The notes beneath the pieces are model-generated. The model searched no databases. It had not been told where the DNA came from and saw only the letters and a list, made by a program, of their open reading frames with translations. Source: Octopus bimaculoides (lineage: Eukaryota). From it: DNA of 64,000 nucleotides. Positions 39,831-51,656 of the stretch are shown in pieces (the stretch's first letter is position 1; every line of letters starts with the position of its first letter). Position numbers and translations under genes: made by a program. The stretch covers positions 51,363,749 to 51,427,748 of the forward strand of contig NC_068996.1 in the NCBI RefSeq assembly GCF_001194135.2, written 5' to 3'.

Positions 39831-40409
39831 GTATACACATATCTATCTTAACCAGCTATTATTCCTAACCACTCTCTCTCACCCCTTCTCTCACTCCTCT
39901 CTCTTTCTCCCCTACCTCCCCCCTTTCTCTCCCCCCTGCTCTCTCTCTCTATCTCTCCTTATCTTTCCCATTCTTTTTGCCTGTTGCAATATCCTCTGCT
40001 CTTCTGAGCCACTTACATACTACCTCCGCCACAATTCTTATAACACACCTGTTTCTCATCTTCACACTCAACACATTGTCCCATATTATACACATTTGCC
40101 AGTCCTTCCTCCTCATAACATCATCCTTCTGGAATTTCCTTTTGTACACAAGTGTTTCCTGAAATTGTTGACTCACGGATGTACATGCTAAACATTAACC
40201 ACAAAGGACCCATCATCTTCTGGATTGAACCATTAATAAAATCTCCATATATAGCTCAAATTTACAGAAAACAATGCACGAGGACAGGTGAAGGAACATC
40301 AAAATGGAGAAGCCTTTGACTTTTCAAGCCTTTGATGGAAAGGGATGAGAAGGAAAAAAATGTGATGAGATTAAAGGTTTAACATGGTGAAAAATGTATG
40401 TATATATAC

Positions 40410-40454
<45 letters not shown>

Positions 40455-40455
<1 letters not shown>

Positions 40456-41915
40456 CATCATTATCATCATCGTTTAACGTCTGCTTTCCATGCTAGCATG
40501 GGTTGGATGATTTGATTGAGGACTGATGAACCAGATGGCTGCACCAGGCTCCAATCTGATCTAGCAGAGTTTCTACAGCTGGATGCCCTTCCTAATGCCA
40601 ACCACTCTGAGAGTGTAGTGGGTACTTTTACAGGCCACCGGCATGAGGGCCAGTCAGGCGGTACTGGCAACGGCCACACTCAAAATGGTGTTCTTTATGT
40701 GCCACCTGCACAGGAGCCAGTCCAGCGGCACTGGCAACGATCTCGCTCAAATGTCTTATCAGGTTCAACCAGCACAAGTGCCAGTAAGGTCACGCTGGTA
40801 ATGATCATGCTTGAATGGTGCTTTTTACGTGCCACCGGCATGGAAGCCAGTCAGCTGCACTTTAAGTGATCACGCTCGGATGGTGCTATTAGCGCTCCAC
40901 TGGCACAGGTGCCAGTCATCGAATTTGAGAATTTGATTTGATTTCAATCTCACTTGCCTCAACAGGTCTTCACAAGCAGAGTTTAGTGTCTAATGAAGGA
41001 AAGGTACATATAAGTGGGCTGGTTACACCACTGGCATAGGCCACGGGTTATGGTCTCACTTGGCCTGTTGGGTCTTCTCAAGCACAGCCTATTTCCAAAG
41101 CTCTCGGTCACTAGTCATCGCCTCAGTGAGGCCTAATGTTCAAAGGTCATGCTTCACCACCTCATCCCTGGTCTTCCTGGGTCTACCTCTTCCACAGGTT
41201 CCCTCAACTGTTAGGGTGTGGTACTTTTTCATACAGCTATCCTCATTCCCACATGACCATACCAGCGCAGTTGTCTCTCTTGCACACCACATCTAATGCC
41301 CCTTAGGTCCAACTTTTCTCTCAAGGTACTTACACTCTGTCTAGTATGCACACTGACATTATATATCCATCAGAGCATACTGGCTTCATTCCTTGTGTGC
41401 TTATGCATGTCCTCAGCAGTCACAGCCCATGTTTCACTGCCATGTAGCATGGCTGTTCATACACGTGCGTCATACCGTCTGCCTTTTACTCTGAGTGAGA
41501 GGCCCTTTGTCACCAGCAGAGGTAGGAGCTCTCTGAACTTAGCCCAGGCTATTCTTATTCTAACAGCTACACTTTCAGCACACCCTCCCCCGCTACTGAC
41601 TTGGTCACCTAGATAACAGAAGCTATCAACTACGTCTAGTTTTTCTCCCCGGAATGTGGCAGAAGTTGTTTTCTGCACATTTACAGTGTTTATAGCTCCT
41701 GAACATCTGCTGCATACAAAAACTAACTTCCCAGTTAGCCTTCCTTTGATATTGCTGCACCTCTTATATGTCCATAGCTTACACTGGGTACATCTTAGGG
41801 AGTTTCTACCTACGCCTTTTCCACAGATCGAGCAAGGCCATCTACCTGAAGGGGTTTGTGTTTTTTCTACCTTCCTACTTATTAAGGCTTTGGTTTTAGC
41901 TAGGTTGACTCTAAG
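40455..41915 (-). mobile_element. RTE-clade LINE fragment including PHD-like finger
   Basis: CSICGKGVGRNSLRCTQCKLWTYKRC...FVCSRC; VVDSFCYLGDQVSSGGGCAESVAVRIRIAWAKFRELLPLL. Confidence 0.9.
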
Positions 41916-42381
41916 GCCCTCATCATCATCATCATCATCATCGTTTAACGTCCGCTTTCCATGCTAGCATGGGTTGGACGATTTGACTGAGGACTGGTGA
42001 AANNNNNNNNNNNNNNNNNNNNNNNNNNNNNNNNNNNNNNNNNNNNNNNNNNNNNNNNNNNNNNNNNNNNNNNNNNNNNNNNNNNNNNNNNNNNNNNNNN
42101 NNNNNNNNNNNNNNNNNNNNNNNNNNNNNNNNNNNNNNNNNNNNNNNNNNNNNNNNNNNNNNNNNNNNNNNNNNNNNNNNNNNNNNNNNNNNNNNNNNNN
42201 NNNNNNNNNNNNNNNNNNNNNNNNNNNNNNNNNNNNNNNNNNNNNNNNNNNNNNNNNNNNNNNNNNNNNNNNNNNNNNNNNNNNNNNNNNNNNNNNNNNN
42301 NNNNNNNNNNNNNNNNNNNNNNNNNNNNNNNNNNNNNNNNNNNNNNTATATATATATATATATATATATATTCATATATTG

Positions 42382-42670
42382 TAATAATAACAATAATCCT
42401 AGGATAGAATTTATAAACATTTAATGCATTGCTACATGTGTTTCCACTAATCACATGACTCTTCAGATCACAATCCGTATTCCTGGGATGATTGTAGAGT
42501 CGTCCCTAGTATCCATGAGCTACCTGATGCCCATGGATACAACGGACGACACTGTGATCATCCTAGGAATACAGTCTGTGGTCTGAAGAGTCATCATGTG
42601 ATTTGTGGAAACACATGTAGCAATGCATTAAATGTTTATAAATTCCATCCTAGGATTATTGTTATTATTA
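42382..42670. mobile_element. Foldback element (whole element is a hairpin)
   Basis: ~135-bp arms, TAATAATAACAATAATCCTAGGAT...GTATCCATG and CATGGATAC...ATCCTAGGATTATTGTTATTATTA, around a 14-nt loop at 42518-42531. Confidence 0.85.
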
Positions 42671-43306
42671 TTATTATATTTATCCAACATTATATTAGTA
42701 CAGCTTGACGGAACTCAAAAAAATGGTTCACCAGTCAGCATCATTAGACTGTGGCTGGCATAATGGAATAGGAGCTTTATTTGCATATTCAAAACATTTC
42801 CCATGAACAAATTTACAAGATATGGAGTGGCTGTGTGGTAAGTAGCTTACTTACCAACAACATGTATATATATATATAAGACACTTGCCCAAGGTCCCAT
42901 GCAGTGGGACTGAACCTGGAACCATGTGACTGGTAAGTAAGCTTCTTATCACACAGCCACTCCATATATGTGTGTGTGTGTGTGTGTTTACACATACACA
43001 CAGTCCACTACTCACCTGTAAATAAGTAATTGTTCAATGAACTTGCAGCGCATTCAGGGGTATTGTTGCAATCTCAGCCATTTATGCCCCTTAAAAACCT
43101 GGTAATCAGCCCTTTCTGTTCTAGGATGCTTCTAGATATTTATAGCCAGAGAACCTATTTTACATTTCTTACATACATACATGTGTGTATATGTGTGTGA
43201 GTATATATATATATATGCGTAGCTGTGTGGTAAGAAGTTTGCTTCCCAACTACATAATTCTGGGTTCAGTCCCACTGTGAGGCACCTTGGACAAATATCT
43301 TCTACC

Positions 43307-43757
43307 TCTTAAGTATCCTAGCTGTCCCTAATAACACTGTTTTCTGGAGCTGTACTAAACTGGGTTTTATGCCTATATCCTCTATCCATCTGTTCAGATT
43401 TTTAAGGATAGGTCCCAATGCATCTATAACTACTGGGATACATTTTACCCACACTTTCCATAGTCTCTGTAATTGAATGGTTAGGTCCTAGTACTTTGCT
43501 ATTTTCTCTATACCTCTCATATTGATTTCTTCATCATTTGGGACTGTAAAGTTTATTATCTGGCATTTTCTATTCTCTTTGTCTACTACTACTAAATCAG
43601 ACCTTCTAGCTTCTATTACTCTGTCAATCTGAATGTTGAAGTCTCACAACATCTTGTGTTTCTTACTTTCTAGTACTTTGCTAGGTTCATGTTCATACCA
43701 TTTATCAGTATGGTCAGATCCTAGCTTTCCACATAATTCCCAGTTAGTATCATAATA
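43307..43757 (-). mobile_element. R4/Dong-type (RLE endonuclease) LINE C-terminal remnant
   Basis: WELCGKLGSDHTDKWYEHEPSKVLE...PVVIDALG...IGIKPSLVQLQKTVLLGTARILK; begins at an (AAT)n tract. Confidence 0.75.
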
Positions 43758-43769
43758 ATAATTATTATT

Positions 43770-44250
43770 ATTGAGTGAAAGAGCAGTACATGCTATCAAA
43801 GTGACACTGGGGTACAAATATACGAAGCCCATTATACCCATCATGACTACCCGTCTGATAAGGGTACACCAGGCACATGCATCACAACCATATGTGCACG
43901 ACATGGTGATCTCATATCAAGATAAACAGCGCATGACCTTGCAGGTGGGGCCCAGTTAGAATTTTCTTTAGGTCAAGTAGCCCATCCCACTCAAAAGGTT
44001 CCTGAATAAGGGTTGTTTAAGGATGTTGAACAAAAGAGGAATTATCCAAACCCCAAAGAATTCCTCTCAACACATGGTGCTCCCCCACTACTTCTGCTCA
44101 TGATCAGAGATGCACATATCGTCAGCCACCAAGGGACATGCTCAACTAGTTATGGTCAAACAACTGACAAGCAAATCTGTGGTATTAAGCAGAATATTTG
44201 CTGTAGCCCATCTTTTATACCAAGACAAAACAATGTACATGATAACATTT
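43770..44250. mobile_element. Probable non-autonomous interspersed repeat embedded between (ATT)n tracts
   Basis: Complex non-coding block bounded on both sides by ATT repeats; family identity not established from this window. Confidence 0.35.
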
Positions 44251-44259
44251 CCATTATTA

Positions 44260-44341
<82 letters not shown>

Positions 44342-45779
44342 TATTATCATTATTATCAATATGTATTTTAGAAATTATAATCAGAATTCCAAACCAAACT
44401 AAATAAATATAAGGAAATAAAATACAAACAAGAAAGAACAGCAAATAGGTTCTCATTCCAAAGATATTATTAATCCCAATAAATTCCAATTGTGCAATTA
44501 CACCATTAGTCAGTAATCTATAAAAAATATGGAATTAAAAATATAACCAATTCCATTTAAATATGTTGAAGTCAGGGGTAGATGGTGGGGGCAGAGAGCT
44601 GGAACAACAAAAAATTGTGGTATAGTTGCAGAGATTGAAGAACTGAGAAGTTTTGTTCTTGAAAGAGTGGGAATTAAAACTTAAAACAATATTTATAACA
44701 TTTAACAAAACAAAAAAAAAAGGTACGATTTTAAGGATACGGTTCCATTTGAATTTGAAAATTTCCTGAGCTTCTGTAATTTTACCCTTCCTATCCTTCT
44801 CCTGTTTTCTCTCTTTCTCTTTCTCTTTCCCTTTGTCCCTCTCTCTCTCCCTCCCTCAATCCTTTTATCCTTATAATTTTACCCTGACTTCTCCCTATCT
44901 TATTCTTTCTTACTTTCCTTACCCATTCCCCCTCATTATTGTCATTAATTACATCTCTCTCTCTCCCTCCTTCTTTCCCTCTCTCTCTCCCTCCTTCTTT
45001 CCCTCTCTCTCTCTTCCTCTTCCCCCCTCTCTCTCCCCCTGCCCCCTACGACTGCCTCTCCATTTTATGCCCTTGATTTCTCAGTTTCCTATTTCTTCCT
45101 TCAATTTGCCTTATTGTTCTCCCCTACCAGCACCTTTTCTATCCTTCTGTCCTTTTCCTCTCTTTACCTTCTCTCCTACACACACACACACACACACACA
45201 CGTTCATTCTCTTCACTTTGGCTGTTCCCCCCCTCTCCTTTCACCTTATTCCACCTCCTCTTCTCAGCCATTTCCCCCTGCCCCACTTTTCATTTTCCCC
45301 TCTTCTGATATAATACAACTTCCCCCCTTCCTCTCCACTTTTTCGTCACTTGCTCTTCTGTTTAACTCTCTTCCCCCCCCCCCTCACATTTCTCTCCCTT
45401 TCTCTCTCCTCTCGATCTTNNNNNNNNNNTCCCCCCCCCCCTCACATTTCTCTCCCTTTCTCTCTCCTCTCGATCTTATTGTTCTTTCAATCTTTCAAAT
45501 GTAGACTTACAACACACATGTAAACAAGTATGCCGAGTATACCTTACACAAGCCTGCAGACACCAAAGTTTGTGCAAATATACACCTACAAAATCCACGC
45601 CACGCCACGCACGCACGCACACACACACACACATATGCACAGACACTACAGTCACTTTACCTTTGTTCATTATGCTAAACACAGTGCTGAATTCATCCCA
45701 CAGTTCTCAAAGACTCGTGCACAACATACATACAACATTCATGCCAACTCAAATATTGTCTCTTCTCATGCATGTTCAA

Positions 45780-45810
<31 letters not shown>

Positions 45811-45811
45811 A

Positions 45812-46260
45812 TACATGAGGGGTCTGCTGAAAAGTCTCTGGCTCTGGGTAAAAGAAAATACAGGAGGATCAGTTAATTATGATTTTATTCAACATATTCC
45901 CCTCTCAGATTCACACATTCATTGCAGTGGTTCTTCTGTTTTTCTGAACTTGGAAGGTTGATTCTCCAACTGGGCCTTTCACTACACCTTTAAAACCAGG
46001 AACTTTTCAGTACCCCATCGTGTGTGTGTGTGTGTGTGTGTATACATGAGGGGCTGCTGAAAAGTTCCTAGTTCTGGGTAAAAGAAAATGCAGGAGAATC
46101 AGTTAATTCTGATTTTATTCAACATATTCCCCTCTCAGATTCATACACTTACTACTGTGGTCTTTAAGTTTTTCTGAGCCCTGTGAAAAAGAACTCAAAA
46201 GGTTGGGCCAGGCCTTTTGCAATACTTTAAATGTCAGGAACTTTTCGGCACCCCCTGGTA
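45812..46260. mobile_element. Two tandem mariner-type MITE copies (~210 bp each)
   Basis: Each starts TACATGAGGGG(T)CTGCTGAAAAGT and ends GGAACTTTTC(A/G)G(T/C)ACCCC; copies 45812-46022 and 46043-46260 sit next to (TG)n. Confidence 0.75.
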
Positions 46261-46720
46261 TAGATGCAAAAATGATGGTTCTTTTATTCTTTTACTTGCT
46301 TCAGTCATTTGACTGTGGCCATGCTGGAGCACTGCCTTTATTCGAACCCAGGACTTATAAACCCCAGGACTTATTCTTTATAAGCCTAGTACTTATTCTA
46401 TTGGTATCTTTTGCTGAAGTGCTAAGTCACAGAGTTGTATTCACTCCAACTTCGGTTGTCAAATGATAGTGGGGGACAAACACAGACTCACAAATAGACA
46501 CATATATATATATATATATATATAGATATATATACAACAGGCTTCTTTCAGTTTCCGTCTACCAANNNNNNNNNNNNNNNNNNNNNNNNNNNNNNNNNNN
46601 NNNNNNNNNNNNNNNNNNNNNNNNNNNNNNNNNNNNNNNNNNNNNNNNNNNNNNNNNNNNNNNNNNNNNNNNNNNNNNNNNNNNNNNNNNNNNNNNNNNN
46701 NNNNNATATATACATATATA

Positions 46721-46892
46721 TACACTTTATTTAAAAGCAGCAGAAATATAACAAAAGCTGTTACTCAGAGTTTCACGTTCCCATTCGTTGGACAGTTTTG
46801 TTAAAATTTTAACAAAATTGTCCGACGAATGGGAACGTGAAACTCTGAGTAACAGCTTTTGTTATATTTCTGCTGCTTTCAAATAAAGTATA
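46721..46892. repeat. 172-bp loopless palindrome made of two inverted pLTR-like units
   Basis: Centre TTAAAA|TTTTAA at 46806/46807; 86-bp arms with ~5 mismatches. Confidence 0.9.
46819..46854 (+). ncRNA. Minimal hammerhead-like motif, family 3 (U4C core variant)
   Basis: UGU-CCGACGA-AUG[GGAA]CGU-GAA-ACUC[U]GAGU-A^ACA. Confidence 0.55.
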
Positions 46893-47352
46893 TGTTGGAC
46901 AGGGTTCACATTGATGGAGAAGGAAGAAGACTCCATGGCAAGAACTTTATATTTCAACAGAACAATGCTCCTATTCATAAAGCAAAGATAACTTTGAATT
47001 TCCTCCATGCAACTGGGTTTGAAGTCATGCAATGGCCAGCAAGAAGTCTTGACCTTAATTCTATAGAGAATGCCTGGCAATATCTCACAAATGTTGTGTA
47101 CAGCAAAGGCAAGCAGTATTCATCTGTTGATGAACTTGAAACAGCAATAAAAAAGAGCTTCTACTTGATCTGCTGCAGAGGTTGACTGGGAGCATGAAAT
47201 CATGTCTTTGAAGTAATTCAGAAAGGTGGTGGTCAAACACACTATTATTGATGTATTACATGAAAATATCATTGAAATATATCATAATTTCCCTGTTTTG
47301 CATAATTTTTTAAACATTATTCAACCTGGTGTTATAGTTTTGAACTGGGGGT
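46893..47352 (+). pseudogene. Tc1/Tc3-like DDE transposase 3' remnant with probable right TIR
   Basis: FIFQQNNAPIH...WPARSLDLNSIENAWQYL...VYSKGKQYSSVDEL resembles QQDNAPIH / WPARSPDLNPIEN; the catalytic D is replaced by N. Confidence 0.85.
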
Positions 47353-48107
47353 TTCTGGCTCTGCATGTTTTTTGCCAAATTATTATCTAATTTATTTTGG
47401 GATTTTAATAAATTTGAATATTGCAATGCCTTCTTCTATTCCATTTCCTATCCAGAGGTGAGTTTCATGAATTTGGGTAGAATAGTTTGCCAAAAAAAAA
47501 AAACAGACAGTGCTCTGGCTTTATAGTTTTGAAGAGCAGTATGTATATATATATATATTTATATGCCTTGCAACAAGAAACACACACATATACATACACA
47601 AAAATGGACAAGTAAACATGCATACAAAAAATGCCCCTCAAATCTCCATACTCATTCACAACCCCAAAAATGCATAGATATATACACATACGACTAACCC
47701 CTAAGAAAAAAAAATGATAAACCCTTCGTAGCATGATACTCTTGAACTACACCTGCATACACAAGCACACACACATAGACACGCATGCACGCACGCACAC
47801 ACACACACAAACTCATGTACACATATCACCCACACATATACTCACCCCCATACAAACACTCATGCACACACACATCACATACATACAGAGAAACGTGAAC
47901 ATACACACACAAGCATCCCCCCCACACACACATCACACGCACATACACACACACATATACATACATACACACACACATAAATACACCCACCTTCACTCCA
48001 TAGCTCACCCCTCGCCAAAAAAAAGGTAAAAGCCCTTTCCCCACCCTCAGCATAGCCACACATACACTTACCACTTACACACAAATACTTTACCACCACC
48101 ACATTTA

Positions 48108-48148
<41 letters not shown>

Positions 48149-48488
48149 CACACACATGTACACAAGCACATATTCTTCGTTCTTAACAATGTCTTCCCAA
48201 TTATATTTTCCTGTGTTTGTTTCGCTGCACCGATTGTATATTGTTATTAGTGTAAAGCTGACTAATCTAGGGTTGGAACAAAAGATGGAATGTGTGACAT
48301 AGCTTTGCTGGTGGCAGTACTTCAGTAGGGGTGGGGGTTTTGGAGGGTTTTTTGGGGGTTTTTTTCTACTTTTATATATATATTTTTCGCCTTTTTATTT
48401 TTGTTCTTGCTATCCTGCTAGGACCTCCCCCCTCCCGATCACTGACTCACTCACTCACTCACTCACTTCTACTGCCGGTCCCACTTAC

Positions 48489-48600
48489 CTCTCCCCACAC
48501 TTAACTCGCACAACATTACAGGGTGCCGGTTGCTGCTTGGTGTCTTGTTGTTACTGGCGGAGGCGGGGAGGAGGACAGTGGGGGGAGGATTGTTAATGGT
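48489..48600 (-). other. Candidate first exon (unverified) with consensus donor
   Basis: Minus strand ...ATGTTGTGCGAGTTAAGTGTGGGGAGAG|GTAAGT within a locally GC/CpG-richer island; would encode MLCELSVGR. Confidence 0.25.
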
Positions 48601-48944
48601 GCTTTTGATGCTACTGCTGTTGCTGATGGTGAAGGTGGTGGTAGTGGTATTTATTGTTAACAGTGTTGGTTAGTTGTACTGGTTAGTGGTTCTGTTTGGT
48701 GTAGATTATTGTGGTAGCTGGTGGCCTTAGTTGGTAGTGGTGTTGGTGGTGTTGATGCTGGTCAATGTTTTTAACTATGCTAGCTTGTAGTGGTATTGTT
48801 GGTGTTGGTTGGCAGTGGCTGGTGCTGAAGCCTATGCTAATTGGTAACAATGTTAGTTGTGGTGTTGGTGTTGGTGTTGGTGTTAGTTTTGCTGATGTAG
48901 TCGTTTTCGTGGTGTTGGATGGTGCTATTTGCAGTGTTAGTTGC

Positions 48945-49367
48945 TAGTGGACTAACCATTAAGCAAAAGGAGTGCATGCTTAGGGCATCCAGGGAAGGAG
49001 GGGGGGAACCACAGAAATGGTAAATGGTCTACGGCACAAAAGAAATGATTTTTAACTTGCTACAATAATACTCGAAATGGCTTATATGATCGGAAATATA
49101 ATTTAGAAGCATTCATGGTGTCATAGTGAGGATCTGATCAAAGACTTTGCAATTCTAAAAAGTAGGAAAAAACTTTACAAATATAAATAAAGTGAAAGTA
49201 TGCAAAAATAAACGTCATTTTCCTTCTTATTATTTAGTTTTATTCCATGTGAAAAGGTAAAAATATATTTCATGGTTTATTATTGTTTATATTTTGAATT
49301 ACATTTATATGGGGGCACCAAAATCTTTTAAGTACTAAGGGCCTCTGTGAGTTGTAATCCGGCCCTG
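48945..49367. mobile_element. Probable non-autonomous DNA transposon
   Basis: Right end TAATCCGGCCCTG with a degenerate counterpart CTAGTGGACTAA on the left. Confidence 0.4.
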
Positions 49368-49424
49368 ATGGTATTATAAATGGTATTCACTGGCATTAGT
49401 GATGTTGGTGGTGTTAATATTGTA

Positions 49425-50301
49425 AAGGCGGCGAGCTGGCAGAAACATTAGCACATCGGGCAAAATGCTTAGCGGTATTTTGTCTGCCGTTACATTCTAA
49501 GTTCAAATTCCGCTGAGGTCGACTTTGCCTTTCATCCTTTCAGGGTCGATAAATTAAGTACCAGTTACACACTGGGGTCGATGTAATCAGCTTAACCCCT
49601 TTGACTGTCCTTGGTTGTCCCCTCTATGTTTAGCCCCTTGTGGGCAATAAAGAAATAAGAAACGTTAGCACATCAAGCAAAATGCTTAGCAGTATTTCAT
49701 CCATCTTTATGTTCTGAGTTCAAATTCCACTGAGGTCGACTTTGCCTTTCATCCATTCGGGATCGATATTAAGTACCAGTTATGCACTGAAGTCGATGTA
49801 ATCGACTTAATCCCTTTGTCTGTCCTTGTTTGTCCCCTCTATGTTTAGCCCCTTGTGAGCAGTAAAGAAATAAGAAACGTTAGCATGCCGGTGGAAATGC
49901 TTAGTGGTATTTCATCCATCTTTATGTTCTGAGTTCAAATTCCGCTGAGGTTGACTTTGCCTTTCATCCATTCGGGATCGATAAATTAAGTACCAGTTGC
50001 ATACTGGGGATGATCTAATCAACCGGACCCCCTCCACCAAAATTTTGGGCCCTGTGCCTGGAGGAGAAAAGAATATTGTAAAGAATGCGAGCTGGCAGAA
50101 ACGTTAGCACGCTGGGCGAAATGCTTAGCGGTATTTCGTCTGTCTTTACGTTGTGAGTTCAAATTCTGCTGAGGTTGACTTTGCCTTTCATCCTTTTGGA
50201 GTCTATAAATTAAGTACCAGTTGCATACTGGGAATCAATCTAATGGACTGCCTCACCTCACCAAAAATTTTGGGCTTTTTTGCCTAGTGTGGGAAAGAAT
50301 A
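49425..50301 (+). mobile_element. Head-to-tail array of four S2 SINE units
   Basis: Units 49425-49659, 49660-49874, 49875-~50076 and ~50080-50301 share AGTTCAAATTC...GACTTTGCCTTTCATCC...AAGTACCAGTT. Confidence 0.85.
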
Positions 50302-50334
50302 TTAGTAGTATTGGTGTTGTTGAGGGTGTTTTGT

Positions 50335-50645
50335 GACTCAGTGGTTTGAGCATCAGGATCACAATCATGTGGTAGTGAGTTCGATTCCTTGACCAGGCTG
50401 TGTGTTGTGTCCTTGAGCAAGACACTTTATTTCACATTGCTCCAGTTCAATCAGCTGTAGAAATGAGTTGTGATATCACAGGTGCCAAGTTGTATCGGCC
50501 CCTTTGCCTTTCCCTTGGATAACATCAGTGGTGGGGAGAGGGAAGGTTGGTATGCATGGATGACTGTTGGTTTATAAACAACCTTGTGCCTTGGAGGGTA
50601 ACTTTCTAGGTGCAATCTCATGGTCAATCATGACCGAAGGAAGTT
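50335..50645 (+). mobile_element. SINE family S3
   Basis: Colinear with 3256-3570. Confidence 0.75.
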
Positions 50646-51030
50646 TTTACCATTTTTAGGGTAACAAGTAGTGTTAGTGGCAATATTGGTTTCAAATTTT
50701 GGCACAAAGCCAGCAATCTAAGGGGAGGGGCTAAGTCAATTACATCTACCACAGTGCTCAACTGATATCTATTTTATAGACCCCAGAAGGATGAAAGGTG
50801 AAGTCAACCATGGCAGAATTTGAACCCAGAATGTAAAGATGGACAGAATTCCACTAAGCATTTTGTCTAGTATGCTGACAATTCTGCCATACACGCACAC
50901 ATATACACACACACACATACATACATACATATACACAGATATATACATACATGCATACATATATACATACATACATACATACACACATACACACATACAT
51001 ACATACATACATACATACATACACACACAT

Positions 51031-51265
51031 TAAGGCGGCGAGCTGGCAGAAACGTTAGCACGCCGGGCGAAATGCTTAGCAGTATTTCGTCTGCCGCTAC
51101 GTTCTGAGTTCAAATCCCGCCGAGGTCGACTTTGCCTTTCATCCTTTCGGGGTCGATTAAATAAGTACCAGTTACGCACTGGGGTCGACATAATCGACTT
51201 AATCCGTTTGTCTGTCCTTGTTTGTCCCCTCTGTGTGTAGCCCCTTGTGGGTAGTAAAGAAATAA
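51031..51265 (+). mobile_element. Young, CpG-rich S2 SINE copy in (TACA)n
   Basis: AAGGCGGCGAGCTGGCAGAAACGTTAGCACGCCGGGCG...GCCTTTCATCCTTTCGGGGTCGAT...CCCCTTGTGGGTAGTAAAGAAATAA. Confidence 0.85.
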
Positions 51266-51656
51266 CATACATACATACATACATGTACACACACACACCC
51301 AAACACACCAACATGCATACATACACATAGTACCTATCTGAGTTATCCTTTTATTTTAAGAACTTCTTTCCTCACACTGCTGCTCTCTGGAACTCATTAC
51401 CGTTGACTTGATCTCCTCTGGTCCACCATATTCAGTACTTGAAACTTTCTGTTGATCAACATCTTTTTCTTCTGTTTCTTTTTCTTCTTTGTTGTCTCTT
51501 ACACTATGATGGCCTCAAGCCTTACTTGGGACAAAACTGTATAAAAATTTTTTTAAAAGATGTGATGCTACCAGCATTACATTTTTTCTTGATCTCATTT
51601 TGTCACATCACCTTCTGTCGTTCATTTGGATTTTTTTCTTTTCCTTTTCAGTTAAT

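Noticed and set aside
46859-47185. Intact transposase gene
   Set aside because: Only a C-terminal fragment, with a D-to-N change in the QDNA motif and a frameshift; annotated as a pseudogene.
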